33,261 nucleotides of DNA from an uncultured Desulfovibrionaceae bacterium (GCA_964597455.1 CAZQXY010000003.1:1-33261), one strand, 5' to 3'; positions 16,504 to 24,686 are shown, counted from the first letter of the stretch. Numbers and translations are program-made. Notes: generated from the letters alone by a model not told the origin.

Positions 16504-17644
16504 TGCTTTCACCCCCAACCATTTCCATGAATGCATGTATTCTCGTCTGCAACTGACCCAGTGAAGTATCTCCGAACTCGGTTTCAATACGCAGGGAGGG
16601 AATCCCCGCCTGCTCTAATGCCTGTAGATTATCATAGTAATCATAGTTCTCAGGTTCACAGTATTTCAGGTGTAAAAAAAGCACCCCCTGAACCTTTTTC
16701 TGCTGTGCTGCTTTTACAAGGTTATACCGCCGCGGGGCCGACGGTACATCATAACCGGCAAAAGGTGTTTTCTTTAGCTGGCGGTTAGCCAGAGACTCCC
16801 AGGGGGATGCATCGGTATCTTCAACATCGGCTTCGATATAACGAAAACCGTTTTTAAGATCATCTCCTACGACAGTCACACCACTTTCATCCAGGTAATC
16901 CAGTACCTCCGGGGGATTGATGAATGTACCGGAAATATATAGTTTTGTTTTATTGTTACTAACCGGAGGTTTTGTTTTTTCTTCCAGCGTTGCTACCAGC
17001 TCGCTTAAAAAGCGGTTTAGTTTTTCCCTTTCAATTACCATAGATGCCCCAAGCACAGCGTAAAGGTCTTTATTGCTGATAGCCTCCGGATTATGCTCAT
17101 GAATGCTATACAGCTTGCGCAACAAGCCCCTGTTGCTGTTGTAAAGCCGGATACTTTGTCTTAATTCTTCATCGGTGATCTCTTTTCCTCTGTACCCGCT
17201 CAGGTTGTGCGTTATTCTCTCCAGCTCCCCAAGGAGGTATTTTTTGGCGCTCGGGCGTTCAACTTGCCTTGGCAAGCGGAAGCTGTCCATATAGGGAAGC
17301 GGAGTGTTATGTTCCCAAATACCAGGAAGCAAACGGGTAGAATCACACGTGAGCGGAAAAATCACTCCATCCAAAAAATCAAGTTCGCCATTTATAGCCA
17401 GGGCCAACCCCTTACGGACATAAGAACACGCCCAGGTCTGCAGGTGGGCTTCTGCCTGCTCCATCCTGGCCCTACCGCCGCAAATACCAAAGGGGAAAAA
17501 ACCTGCCGCATGAATTAACTCCTCTGGAACGTCTGTCAGAAGAAAACCGATTGCTTTGCCGCCTGTTTTTTGTTTCCACTCCTTGACCTGCCGGCCGGGA
17601 TCCGCAAATGCTTTTTTTAGAACTCCTAATGCTTCTATGCTCAC
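16496..17644 (-). CDS. 2-hydroxyacyl-CoA dehydratase / benzoyl-CoA reductase family catalytic subunit (HgdB/FldC/BcrC-like)
   Basis: 382 aa. GTG start 6 nt after AAGGAGA. Family signatures: ...KAIGFLLTDVPEELIHAAGFFPF... and ...FLHLKYCEP.... The stop overlaps the next start by 8 nt (ATGTCTGA), which indicates translational coupling of a heterodimer. Confidence 0.8.
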   Translation of the reverse strand: MSIEALGVLKKAFADPGRQVKEWKQKTGGKAIGFLLTDVPEELIHAAGFFPFGICGGRARMEQAEAHLQTWACSYVRKGLALAINGELDFLDGVIFPLTCDSTRLLPGIWEHNTPLPYMDSFRLPRQVERPSAKKYLLGELERITHNLSGYRGKEITDEELRQSIRLYNSNRGLLRKLYSIHEHNPEAISNKDLYAVLGASMVIEREKLNRFLSELVATLEEKTKPPVSNNKTKLYISGTFINPPEVLDYLDESGVTVVGDDLKNGFRYIEADVEDTDASPWESLANRQLKKTPFAGYDVPSAPRRYNLVKAAQQKKVQGVLFLHLKYCEPENYDYYDNLQALEQAGIPSLRIETEFGDTSLGQLQTRIHAFMEMVGGESNV

Positions 17645-17728
17645 TTGCTATCTCCTTTCTGCAGCTAAAAGGTATTTACTTGTTCTCAGCATGCACCTTG
17701 GGACGATTACTGGAACTGCCTGCCCATA

Positions 17729-18727
17729 TCATTTGCGGTTGGATTCAAATTCTGGAGCAATATTACTTAATGGCTCTCCTTTCAAAAAGCGTTCGATATT
17801 ATCTACAAAAACACCGCCGAATCTCGCAGCATACATATCCGTCCAGCTGGAAACATGTGGGGTAATAAGAACATTAGGCGTTCCCCATAGTTCATCTTCC
17901 GGAGGCAAGTAAGAAGGCAGAGGGCTTTTAATCCACTGCGTATCGTTAGCAGCCCCGGCGATCCATCCCTCCCTCAAAGCCTTCATCAGGGCATCTTTAA
18001 CAACCAACGAACCGCGGGCACAATTGATCAGGTACGCCGTCTTTTTCATCAGTTTAAAACGGTCTTCATTCATCAAACCCAGAGTTTCGGGAGTCTCAGG
18101 ACAAGAGAGGACCAGAAAATCCGCCTGTTTAATTACTTCGTCCACCTGTTTATTCAAATACATCTCATCTACATTGGGGATGTCCATAATCAGAATATCG
18201 GTTCCAATCACGCGCATATCAAAGCCCTTGGCCCTTTTGGCAATCTGACGCCCAATTCCCCCGAGGCCAACTATCCCCAGCGTTTTTCCATAGAGTTCTT
18301 CACCGCGCACACGGACAAAATTTTTTTCTTTTTGATTATCCCAGATCTGATTATATTTTTTTGTTAAATTTAACATCAGGCCAAGAGTAAATTCCGCCAC
18401 CGGTATTCCCGACCCCCCGGGGAGATGCAGCAACGGAATATGTGCGGGCATTTGGCCCCACTTAATAAAGTGATCATAACCTGAACTAAATGTCATCACC
18501 CACTGCAGGTTTTTCATCTGCGGAATTTTTTCAACGATCATTCCTGTACCGATAATATGCGTATCTAATACATCATCACCAAGTGACGAGCCATCCTGGG
18601 ATAAACGGATACGAATTTCGCCGCTGGCGACTTTATCCGGGAAACGTTCTTTTATCAATTGTTCATACTCATCCGGAGCACCCAATCCGGGTTGTAAAAC
18701 AACCAGGATATTGAGAGGATTAAACAT
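17729..18727 (-). CDS. D-isomer-specific 2-hydroxyacid dehydrogenase (NAD-binding)
   Basis: Track ORF 17729..18745. Motifs: GIVGLGGIGRQIAKRA (GxGxxG), NCARG, and ITPHVSS (catalytic His). Preferred start is the ATG at 18727, after GGAGGTG plus 7 nt. Confidence 0.85.
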   Translation of the reverse strand: MFNPLNILVVLQPGLGAPDEYEQLIKERFPDKVASGEIRIRLSQDGSSLGDDVLDTHIIGTGMIVEKIPQMKNLQWVMTFSSGYDHFIKWGQMPAHIPLLHLPGGSGIPVAEFTLGLMLNLTKKYNQIWDNQKEKNFVRVRGEELYGKTLGIVGLGGIGRQIAKRAKGFDMRVIGTDILIMDIPNVDEMYLNKQVDEVIKQADFLVLSCPETPETLGLMNEDRFKLMKKTAYLINCARGSLVVKDALMKALREGWIAGAANDTQWIKSPLPSYLPPEDELWGTPNVLITPHVSSWTDMYAARFGGVFVDNIERFLKGEPLSNIAPEFESNRK

Positions 18728-19213
18728 AAAAAGACACCTCCACAAAATTAAAATTCATCTTCCGTTCAGGAAGCAACCCATGCTGCCGTATTACTTTTCA
18801 AAATTTAACAACAGGGCCAGATCACATTTCGCGCAGAGGCATCCGTACTACCATTCTTCAGCCTGAAAATGAATTTTTAAATAAACCCCTTTAAAAATTT
18901 AACGCCAAAAACCACAAGAATTAGTGCTGCATATAGAGATTAGAGTTAGTTTTAACAGTTATTACAGATCCTAATAAGTATACTATTTTATGTTTTGTTA
19001 ATTGCCTGACTTGTTAATAAATATACATCCCCTGCCTTTCCGATTCCATAATTCCTTGCCATTTATTTATCCTATAATAATACATATTCTATGCGGATGC
19101 GGTTTTTCCTGCAGAAAATATAAAAAAAAATAAAATATCCCTCTTTTTTGATTTAAGTATAATATCTGAAAATTTATAGCGTGGCACATTGCGCACAGTT
19201 GTATACTATACAT

Positions 19214-20041
19214 TTATATATTCAATATAATTGCGGCAGTACCACCCAGAATTCGTTCTTTCGCTTCTTCATTAAGGGGCAACTGTCTTAAATCATGAAT
19301 ATTTTGTTTAATATCCTTTACTCCGGGCCAGTCAGAACCAAATAATACCTTATGGCTAATTTTTTCTAACTCGGGGAAATAGTCCGGTAACTTTTTAGGA
19401 GGCAAACCTGCTATCTCCGTATAAACGTTTGTATGCAGTTTTGTTAAGAAAAAGGCTCTGTCATACCAGAACCCCCTGCCCCCATGGACAAGAATAATCT
19501 TCATCTTAGGAAAATCAATAGCCACATCATCAAGGTAAAGGGGATCTCCATACTTAAGCCTTGCCCCCTCAAAAACAGAAGAACCGGTATGAAACATAAC
19601 CGGAATTTGCAACTCCTCGGCCTGTGCATATAAAGGATACAATGAAGAGTCATTTGGATAAAAATGCTGATAAGTAGGATACATTTTTAATCCTCGAAAT
19701 CCCTTTTTTACCAAATGCTGCAGTTCAATTTCCATTCTAACGGTCGTGAAAGGGTTTATGCTGGCGAATGGGATTAGCATTTCCTGCCCCCTGCAGAACT
19801 CAAGCACATATTCGTTGGAACATATACCGGTTACTGCAGGACTAAGTTCTGCCAGGACGACTCCGTAATCAATGCCACTTACTTTTAAGTATTGCACGAA
19901 AAAATTCGGATCACAGTATGATGCATAAAATTCATCCCAATTCTTTCCCGCATGCATATTCCTAATCCAATTAAAAGTACTCTCCCCGTAATACTCATAA
20001 TGTATAGGGTGAAGATGAAAATCAATCACGGGAGCACCCAT
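19214..20041 (-). CDS. Amidohydrolase_2-type metal-dependent hydrolase/decarboxylase (TIM barrel)
   Basis: 275 aa. N-terminal metal motif IDFHLHP, then MFHTG, ILVHGG and GSDWP. This residue pattern matches the ACMSD/LigW/LigI-type amidohydrolase_2 superfamily. The substrate cannot be inferred. Confidence 0.7.
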   Translation of the reverse strand: MGAPVIDFHLHPIHYEYYGESTFNWIRNMHAGKNWDEFYASYCDPNFFVQYLKVSGIDYGVVLAELSPAVTGICSNEYVLEFCRGQEMLIPFASINPFTTVRMEIELQHLVKKGFRGLKMYPTYQHFYPNDSSLYPLYAQAEELQIPVMFHTGSSVFEGARLKYGDPLYLDDVAIDFPKMKIILVHGGRGFWYDRAFFLTKLHTNVYTEIAGLPPKKLPDYFPELEKISHKVLFGSDWPGVKDIKQNIHDLRQLPLNEEAKERILGGTAAIILNI

Positions 20042-20096
20042 TCGCCAAAACCCCTTTCATCTTAAAACCGCCGTACTCCACATTTGCTTAGCCGGA

Positions 20097-20507
20097 TCAC
20101 GCCGGTAAAAATTGATAGCTTAGCTGTCCATCAGGAAGAGAAATTGCCTCAGCTTTTACCTCCATACCAACTGTAATTTTTTCTTCAGGAGTATCCTTGC
20201 TTAAACGGCCAAAAACTTTAATGCCATTGAAATCCGCCAGTGCAAGAATATAGGGTACATCAGATTCGAAGCCGGTAGGGCCATAATTTACTTTAGTAAA
20301 GCTTATGATCCTCCCACTGCCTTCAACTTTAATCCACTCCATATCTCTCGCCAAACAAGAACTGCAATCTGCTTGCGGCGGAAAATAAACGCGGCCACAC
20401 GCGCGGCATTTGGTAGCACGGATTTCATTTTTGCTCAGATAGTCTACAAAAGCCTCTGTTTTTGTTTGAGATGTAAAGCTAACATATCCAAATTTTTCAA
20501 AACCCAT
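20097..20507 (-). CDS. DUF35 Zn-ribbon/OB-fold protein (thiolase-associated, BbsA-like)
   Basis: Track ORF 20097..20699 is over-extended into the thiolase gene. The real start is the ATG at 20507 (MGFEKFGY...), preceded by GGGAGGT plus 6 A. Zn ribbon CRACGRVYFPPQADCSSC is followed by an OB-fold segment. About 136 aa. Confidence 0.75.
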   Translation of the reverse strand: MGFEKFGYVSFTSQTKTEAFVDYLSKNEIRATKCRACGRVYFPPQADCSSCLARDMEWIKVEGSGRIISFTKVNYGPTGFESDVPYILALADFNGIKVFGRLSKDTPEEKITVGMEVKAEAISLPDGQLSYQFLPA

Positions 20508-20511
20508 TTTT

Positions 20512-21666
20512 TTACCTCCCAAAAATGGCCACATTGCCGTATATTCCAACGCCGCCAATATTATGCACCAGACCGATCTCTGCACCCGGTACTTGTATCT
20601 CACCGGCTTCACCGCGTAACTGCAATACAATGGTACGCACCTGTGAACCGCCGGTAGCTCCGATGGGATGGCCTTTAGACAGCAGGCCGCCGTCAACATT
20701 TACGGGAATCTTTCCTTCCAAATAAGTCTCCCCTTCCCGAATCAGCTCCGATCCTTTGCCGGGCTCAGCAAAACCAAGGTTCTCGTAAGCCATCATCTCA
20801 GCGATGGTAAAACAATCGTGAACCTCTGCCACATCAATATCCTGGGGGCCTAACCCTGCCATCTTGTAAGCCTCCTGGGCAGCCACACGGGCACAATTCA
20901 GGCCGTCTAACGCATCCCTGCCCGTCATCGTCAGGGAAGCTGTTCCCGACCCTGTCCCCAAAATCCACACCGGCTTTTTAGATATTTCCTTAGCTCTATC
21001 CGCGCTGGCCAGAATCATGCAGGAAGAGCCGTCCGCATTCGCACAACAATCAAATTTTTTTAACGGACTGGCAATGTATTCGGAATTTATACATTGTTCC
21101 AGGGTAAGCTGTTTGCGGTAGACTGCTTTTTCGTTAAGTGTACCATATTTGGTAGCCTTAACTCTAATTAACGCAAGATCCTCTTCCGCCGTGCCATACC
21201 GGGCAAAATGTGCGCGGGCATGCATCGCATAATAAGCAGGCATCATCGTCCCAAAAGGTGATTCCCACATAATATCCGCTCCACGCCCCATACGTTCCTG
21301 AGAATCTGCGGAAGTGATTTCAGACATCTTTTGAAAGCCCAGCACAACAACAATATCGTGTAACCCTGATTTAATCAATGCATAGGCAGCCCTTAAGCCG
21401 CTGGTGCTTGATGAACAAACTGATTCCATTGCGAAAGTAGGTTGTGGATTCAAACCCAGGTACTCCGCCATAAGACCGGCAGGACTGCGTTGTTTATCAT
21501 ACTCCGGCGCTGAGCAAATGATTGAAGCACCAACATCCCTGTTTGTTATGCCTGCATCTTTCATCGCTTCACTGTAAGCTTCAAAAGCTAATTCCCTGAT
21601 AGAACCTTCATAATTTCTCACGAAAGTACTCTGGCCTACTCCGATAACGGCCACATCTTTTGGCAT
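20512..21666 (-). CDS. SCP-x/thiolase-like protein (non-AtoB type; BbsB / archaeal thiolase-like)
   Basis: Track ORF 20512..21729. Preferred start is the ATG at 21666 (MPKDVAVIGVGQS...), after GGGGGAGGGAACAAT. Nucleophile Cys in ESVCSSSTSG. C-terminal GHPIGATG and NIGG. A 4-nt gap separates it from the DUF35 gene. Confidence 0.8.
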   Translation of the reverse strand: MPKDVAVIGVGQSTFVRNYEGSIRELAFEAYSEAMKDAGITNRDVGASIICSAPEYDKQRSPAGLMAEYLGLNPQPTFAMESVCSSSTSGLRAAYALIKSGLHDIVVVLGFQKMSEITSADSQERMGRGADIMWESPFGTMMPAYYAMHARAHFARYGTAEEDLALIRVKATKYGTLNEKAVYRKQLTLEQCINSEYIASPLKKFDCCANADGSSCMILASADRAKEISKKPVWILGTGSGTASLTMTGRDALDGLNCARVAAQEAYKMAGLGPQDIDVAEVHDCFTIAEMMAYENLGFAEPGKGSELIREGETYLEGKIPVNVDGGLLSKGHPIGATGGSQVRTIVLQLRGEAGEIQVPGAEIGLVHNIGGVGIYGNVAIFGR

Positions 21667-21698
21667 ATTGTTCCCTCCCCCAAAATGTATATATACCC

Positions 21699-22445
21699 CT
21701 AAGGCATAATCATCCCGCCATCGATACAAATCGTCTGGCCGGTTATAAAACTTGATTCATCCGAGGCTAAAAAGACAATCGTGGGCGCTATTTCCTCCGG
21801 TTTTGCAAAACGCCCCAGAGGAATACGTTCTAAGTATTTTTCCTTAAATTTTGGATCGTGCGCTATTTTTTGCGTCATATCGGTTTCAGCCATCGGTGAA
21901 ATTGTATTTACCCTTATCGAATACCTGGCCAGTTCTTTGGCGGCAGACTTTGATAATGCATAAATGCCTCCCTTGGCGGCGGTGTAGTTTGCCTGTCCTA
22001 CTGTACCGTTCAACCCGGCTGAAGAAGTGACGTTAATAATTGAACCGGACTTCTGCTCCATCATCGGCTTTGACACCGCTTGAATGCAGTAAAAGGTACC
22101 ACTGAGATTAATTCTGATGATATCTTCCCACTGCTCCTCCGTTGTATTCCACAGCATAACAGGCCTGCTTACGCCGGCATTGTTAAAGAGTGCGTCTATC
22201 CGGCCAAAATACTCTAGAGCTTCGTCAACCATTTCAAAAACTTGTGCCCTGTTACCGACATCTACCTGCTTCACAAATACCCGGCGGCCAAGATTTTTAA
22301 CCGCCTGCACCATGGGAGCATCAGGCTGGATGCTTCGGCTAACCAGTACAAGATCGGCGCCTTCCCTGGCCAGCGCCAAGGCTACCGACTCGCCGATACC
22401 TTTCCGCGCACCGGTTACAATAACAACCTTGTCTTTTAACCGCAT
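21699..22445 (-). CDS. Short-chain dehydrogenase/reductase (FabG / 3-hydroxyacyl-CoA dehydrogenase-like)
   Basis: 248 aa. Motifs: VTGARKGIG (TGxxxGIG), NNAG, and the catalytic YTAAK (YxxxK). Confidence 0.85.
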   Translation of the reverse strand: MRLKDKVVIVTGARKGIGESVALALAREGADLVLVSRSIQPDAPMVQAVKNLGRRVFVKQVDVGNRAQVFEMVDEALEYFGRIDALFNNAGVSRPVMLWNTTEEQWEDIIRINLSGTFYCIQAVSKPMMEQKSGSIINVTSSAGLNGTVGQANYTAAKGGIYALSKSAAKELARYSIRVNTISPMAETDMTQKIAHDPKFKEKYLERIPLGRFAKPEEIAPTIVFLASDESSFITGQTICIDGGMIMP

Positions 22446-22546
22446 GTAATCACCTCACATTATTATATTTTGTTTGCTATCTCAAACTATATTTTCGGCA
22501 AGGATTTGGGAAACTCCTTCTTTTGTTAATTAAAGTGTTATGAATA

Positions 22547-22576
22547 TAAAAAGAACACCAACCGGTGTTCTTTTTA
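22547..22576 (-). terminator. Rho-independent terminator of rpsB-tsf
   Basis: The minus strand reads AAAAAGAACACC-GGTT-GGTGTTCTTTTTAT, a 7-bp GC-containing stem extended by A/U pairs and followed by a U-run. It lies 20 nt after the tsf stop. Confidence 0.8.
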
Positions 22577-22594
22577 TATTTAGATCTAACCGCT

Positions 22595-23209
22595 TCAGGG
22601 AGTTTCTGAATAATCCAGACCCTCGCCCATTTCAAAACGCACAAACCGGCGTATAATAATATTTTCTCCAATTTTGCCGATTAGCTCTGTTAACAGATCT
22701 TTTATTGTTTTGTCCTGGTCCTTGATATACTCCTGCTCAAGAAGACAATTTTCAGTATAAAATTTCCCCATCCTGCCCGTTACAATTTTTTCTACAATCT
22801 TTTCAGGCTTCCCTTCAGCAAGTGCCTGTTTTGTCAAAATCTCCTTCTCTTTTTCCATTACCTCTGGCGGAACTTCTTCACGTTTGAGGTAAGCAGGATT
22901 TGTTGCAGCCACCTGCAGACAAATATCCTTGACAAAGGCCTTAAAATCTTCATTCCGCGCGACGAAATCCGTCTCACAGTTAACCTCTACCAGAACCCCA
23001 ACTTTACCTCCCAGGTGGACATAAGACTCAACCACACCCTGGGCGGCAATACGGCCTGCCCTTTTTGCCGCAATGGAAAGGCCTTTTTCGCGAAGTAACT
23101 CCTTCGCCTTTTCTTTATCTCCGCCGGCTTCGATAAGAGCTTTTTTACAATCCATCATACCTACACCGGTTAAAGCACGAAGTTCTTTTACCATTTCAGC
23201 ACTGATCAT
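22595..23209 (-). CDS. tsf: Translation elongation factor Ts (short form)
   Basis: 204 aa. Starts [25 protein letters not shown] (UBA-like N-domain), then ...[14 protein letters not shown].... Immediately downstream of rpsB. Confidence 0.95.
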   Translation of the reverse strand: MISAEMVKELRALTGVGMMDCKKALIEAGGDKEKAKELLREKGLSIAAKRAGRIAAQGVVESYVHLGGKVGVLVEVNCETDFVARNEDFKAFVKDICLQVAATNPAYLKREEVPPEVMEKEKEILTKQALAEGKPEKIVEKIVTGRMGKFYTENCLLEQEYIKDQDKTIKDLLTELIGKIGENIIIRRFVRFEMGEGLDYSETP

Positions 23210-23246
23210 CTTCTAATCCTCCTTGTAATATGAGCATAGTTGTATG

Positions 23247-24104
23247 CTATTCCCCTTCCGTTTCTGCTGCCTCCACGTTGGTCTTTTTTTCGTCATTCTC
23301 TTCGAGCTCTTCTTCATTTATTTGATCTATTTTACTTTCGGAAAAATTATCCTGCTCTTCAACTTTGGATAATTCATCTTGTTTTTTTTCTTCTTCAGCA
23401 GCTTCTTCCTGAGCAATCTGCAGACCTTGTTTACCTTCCAGTACCGCTTCGGCAATTTTTGAAGTAATTAATTTAACTGCCCTGATAGCATCATCATTGC
23501 CCGGGATAATATAATCGATCTCATCAGGATCACAATTTGTATCGACGATAGCTACAATCGGTATCTCCAATTTACGGGCTTCTGCAATTGCAATTCTTTC
23601 TTTTCTTGGATCAACAACAAATACCGCACCGGGCAGTTCTTGCATATCACGAATACCGCCTAAAAATTTAAGTAACTTGTCCTTTTCATGATTCAGCTTG
23701 ATAACTTCTTTTTTCGGCAACAAGGCAAAGCGGCCTTCTTCTTCCATTTGCTCCAGTTCAATCAGCCTTTTAATACGCTTACGTATTGTATTAAAATTCG
23801 TAAGCATACCGCCAAGCCAGCGTTGATTAACATACGGCATCTCACAGCGCGCTGCTTCAACTTCAATAGATTCTTGAGCCTGTTTTTTCGTCCCTACAAA
23901 AAGAATCTTTTCGCCCTGCATGGTTAATTTTTTTACAAAAGTATAAACACCTTCCATGAGACGAACTGTTTTTTGCAGATCAATGATATAGATACCGTTA
24001 CGCTCCGTAAAAATATATTCCCTCATTTTAGGATTCCAACGCCTTGTCTGGTGTCCAAAATGAACTCCAGCTTCCAACAACTGCTTCATTGTAACTACGG
24101 ACAT
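23247..24104 (-). CDS. rpsB: 30S ribosomal protein S2 with an acidic C-terminal extension of about 50 aa
   Basis: Starts [27 protein letters not shown]. The core runs to about ...AEAVLEGKQ. The tail reads [53 protein letters not shown]. Confidence 0.95.
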   Translation of the reverse strand: MSVVTMKQLLEAGVHFGHQTRRWNPKMREYIFTERNGIYIIDLQKTVRLMEGVYTFVKKLTMQGEKILFVGTKKQAQESIEVEAARCEMPYVNQRWLGGMLTNFNTIRKRIKRLIELEQMEEEGRFALLPKKEVIKLNHEKDKLLKFLGGIRDMQELPGAVFVVDPRKERIAIAEARKLEIPIVAIVDTNCDPDEIDYIIPGNDDAIRAVKLITSKIAEAVLEGKQGLQIAQEEAAEEEKKQDELSKVEEQDNFSESKIDQINEEELEENDEKKTNVEAAETEGE

Positions 24105-24212
24105 CTTAAATAGTTCCTCCCTTTGGTTAGCCTCCGCCTGATCATTATTATAGAGAACTCACCAGGAGCACCTCTCTACAATTTTCACGGCGTGTGTATT
24201 TTAACAATAAGT

Positions 24213-24241
24213 AGTATAACATAGCCGACAGGAAATAACAA
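24213..24241 (-). promoter_or_regulatory. Candidate sigma-A promoter of rpsB-tsf (TTGTTA-N17-TATACT)
   Basis: On the minus strand, TTGTTA (24241-24236) is followed by exactly 17 nt and then TATACT (24218-24213). This would give a leader of about 100 nt containing a TAGAGA...TCTCTA hairpin before AGGGAGGAAC and the ATG. Confidence 0.45.
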
Positions 24242-24254
24242 GTAACGGTAAAAA

Positions 24255-24686
24255 CTACTCCAGCCATACCCTGAGAGGGATAGAATAATATTCCGTCAGC
24301 GGAATCGATACTTTCCGCCCATTTAAATCAAAAAACAGCGAATTTAACAGATCACCCGTTATACTGTGGCTTAACTCATCGACAAACTCCTCTTCCTCCA
24401 GCGTATCAAGCAATTCGTAAACGTAATAGGCAACATCATTACGCAGGCCTTTTTCCAGTTCTCCAATAAACTGGTCCGGAAGCTCGACAGTATAGCCACC
24501 AATCTCCAGGTCACCGATGCTAATAAAATCCTCCTGCAGATACTTTTCCACTAAAAATGGAACTTCAGAGCGAACCTCTTGTAAAAAAACGGGAAACTCT
24601 TCTTGTGTCTGACGGTCTACTTCATAACTAATCACATTAAATATTTTTTCTTTGTTAAGATTAATATTAATGCCATTCGGATTCAA
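24255..24686 (-). CDS. Hypothetical protein; probably the C-terminal part of a longer N-terminally membrane-anchored protein interrupted at an A8 tract
   Basis: The track ORF starts at a TTG with no SD. The same frame stays open upstream and encodes a transmembrane helix (FSGSFFYFSCGAFIGILVSIVFITSAVY). A good start (GGTGA-N8-ATG at 24817) lies one frame away. See the corresponding finding. Confidence 0.5.
   Translation of the reverse strand: MNPNGININLNKEKIFNVISYEVDRQTQEEFPVFLQEVRSEVPFLVEKYLQEDFISIGDLEIGGYTVELPDQFIGELEKGLRNDVAYYVYELLDTLEEEEFVDELSHSITGDLLNSLFFDLNGRKVSIPLTEYYSIPLRVWLE

Noticed and set aside
15295-17644. Calling the two dehydratase-family genes a class I benzoyl-CoA reductase (bcrBC/bzdNO)
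   Set aside because: Not adopted as the primary call. The adjacent D-2-hydroxyacid dehydrogenase and the lack of the two ATPase subunits fit a 2-hydroxyacyl-CoA dehydratase context better. It cannot be excluded without phylogeny.
19186-19200. TGGCACATTGCGCAC, which looks superficially like a sigma-54 -24/-12 promoter (TGGCAC-N5-TTGC)
   Set aside because: The GC of the putative -12 element is 2 nt out of register with the GG-N10-GC rule. The site is also on the plus strand, pointing antisense into the 3' end of the amidohydrolase gene. No sigma-54 activator is encoded nearby.
20508-20699. N-terminal extensions in the track ORFs. These are 20097..20699 overlapping the thiolase, 15295..16587 overlapping the upstream dehydratase subunit, and 5749..6870 overlapping the crotonase. 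The extension 20512..21729 overlaps the SDR.
   Set aside because: In each case an internal ATG with a well-spaced GGAGG-type SD gives a protein that begins where homologues normally begin, and it removes the long gene overlap.
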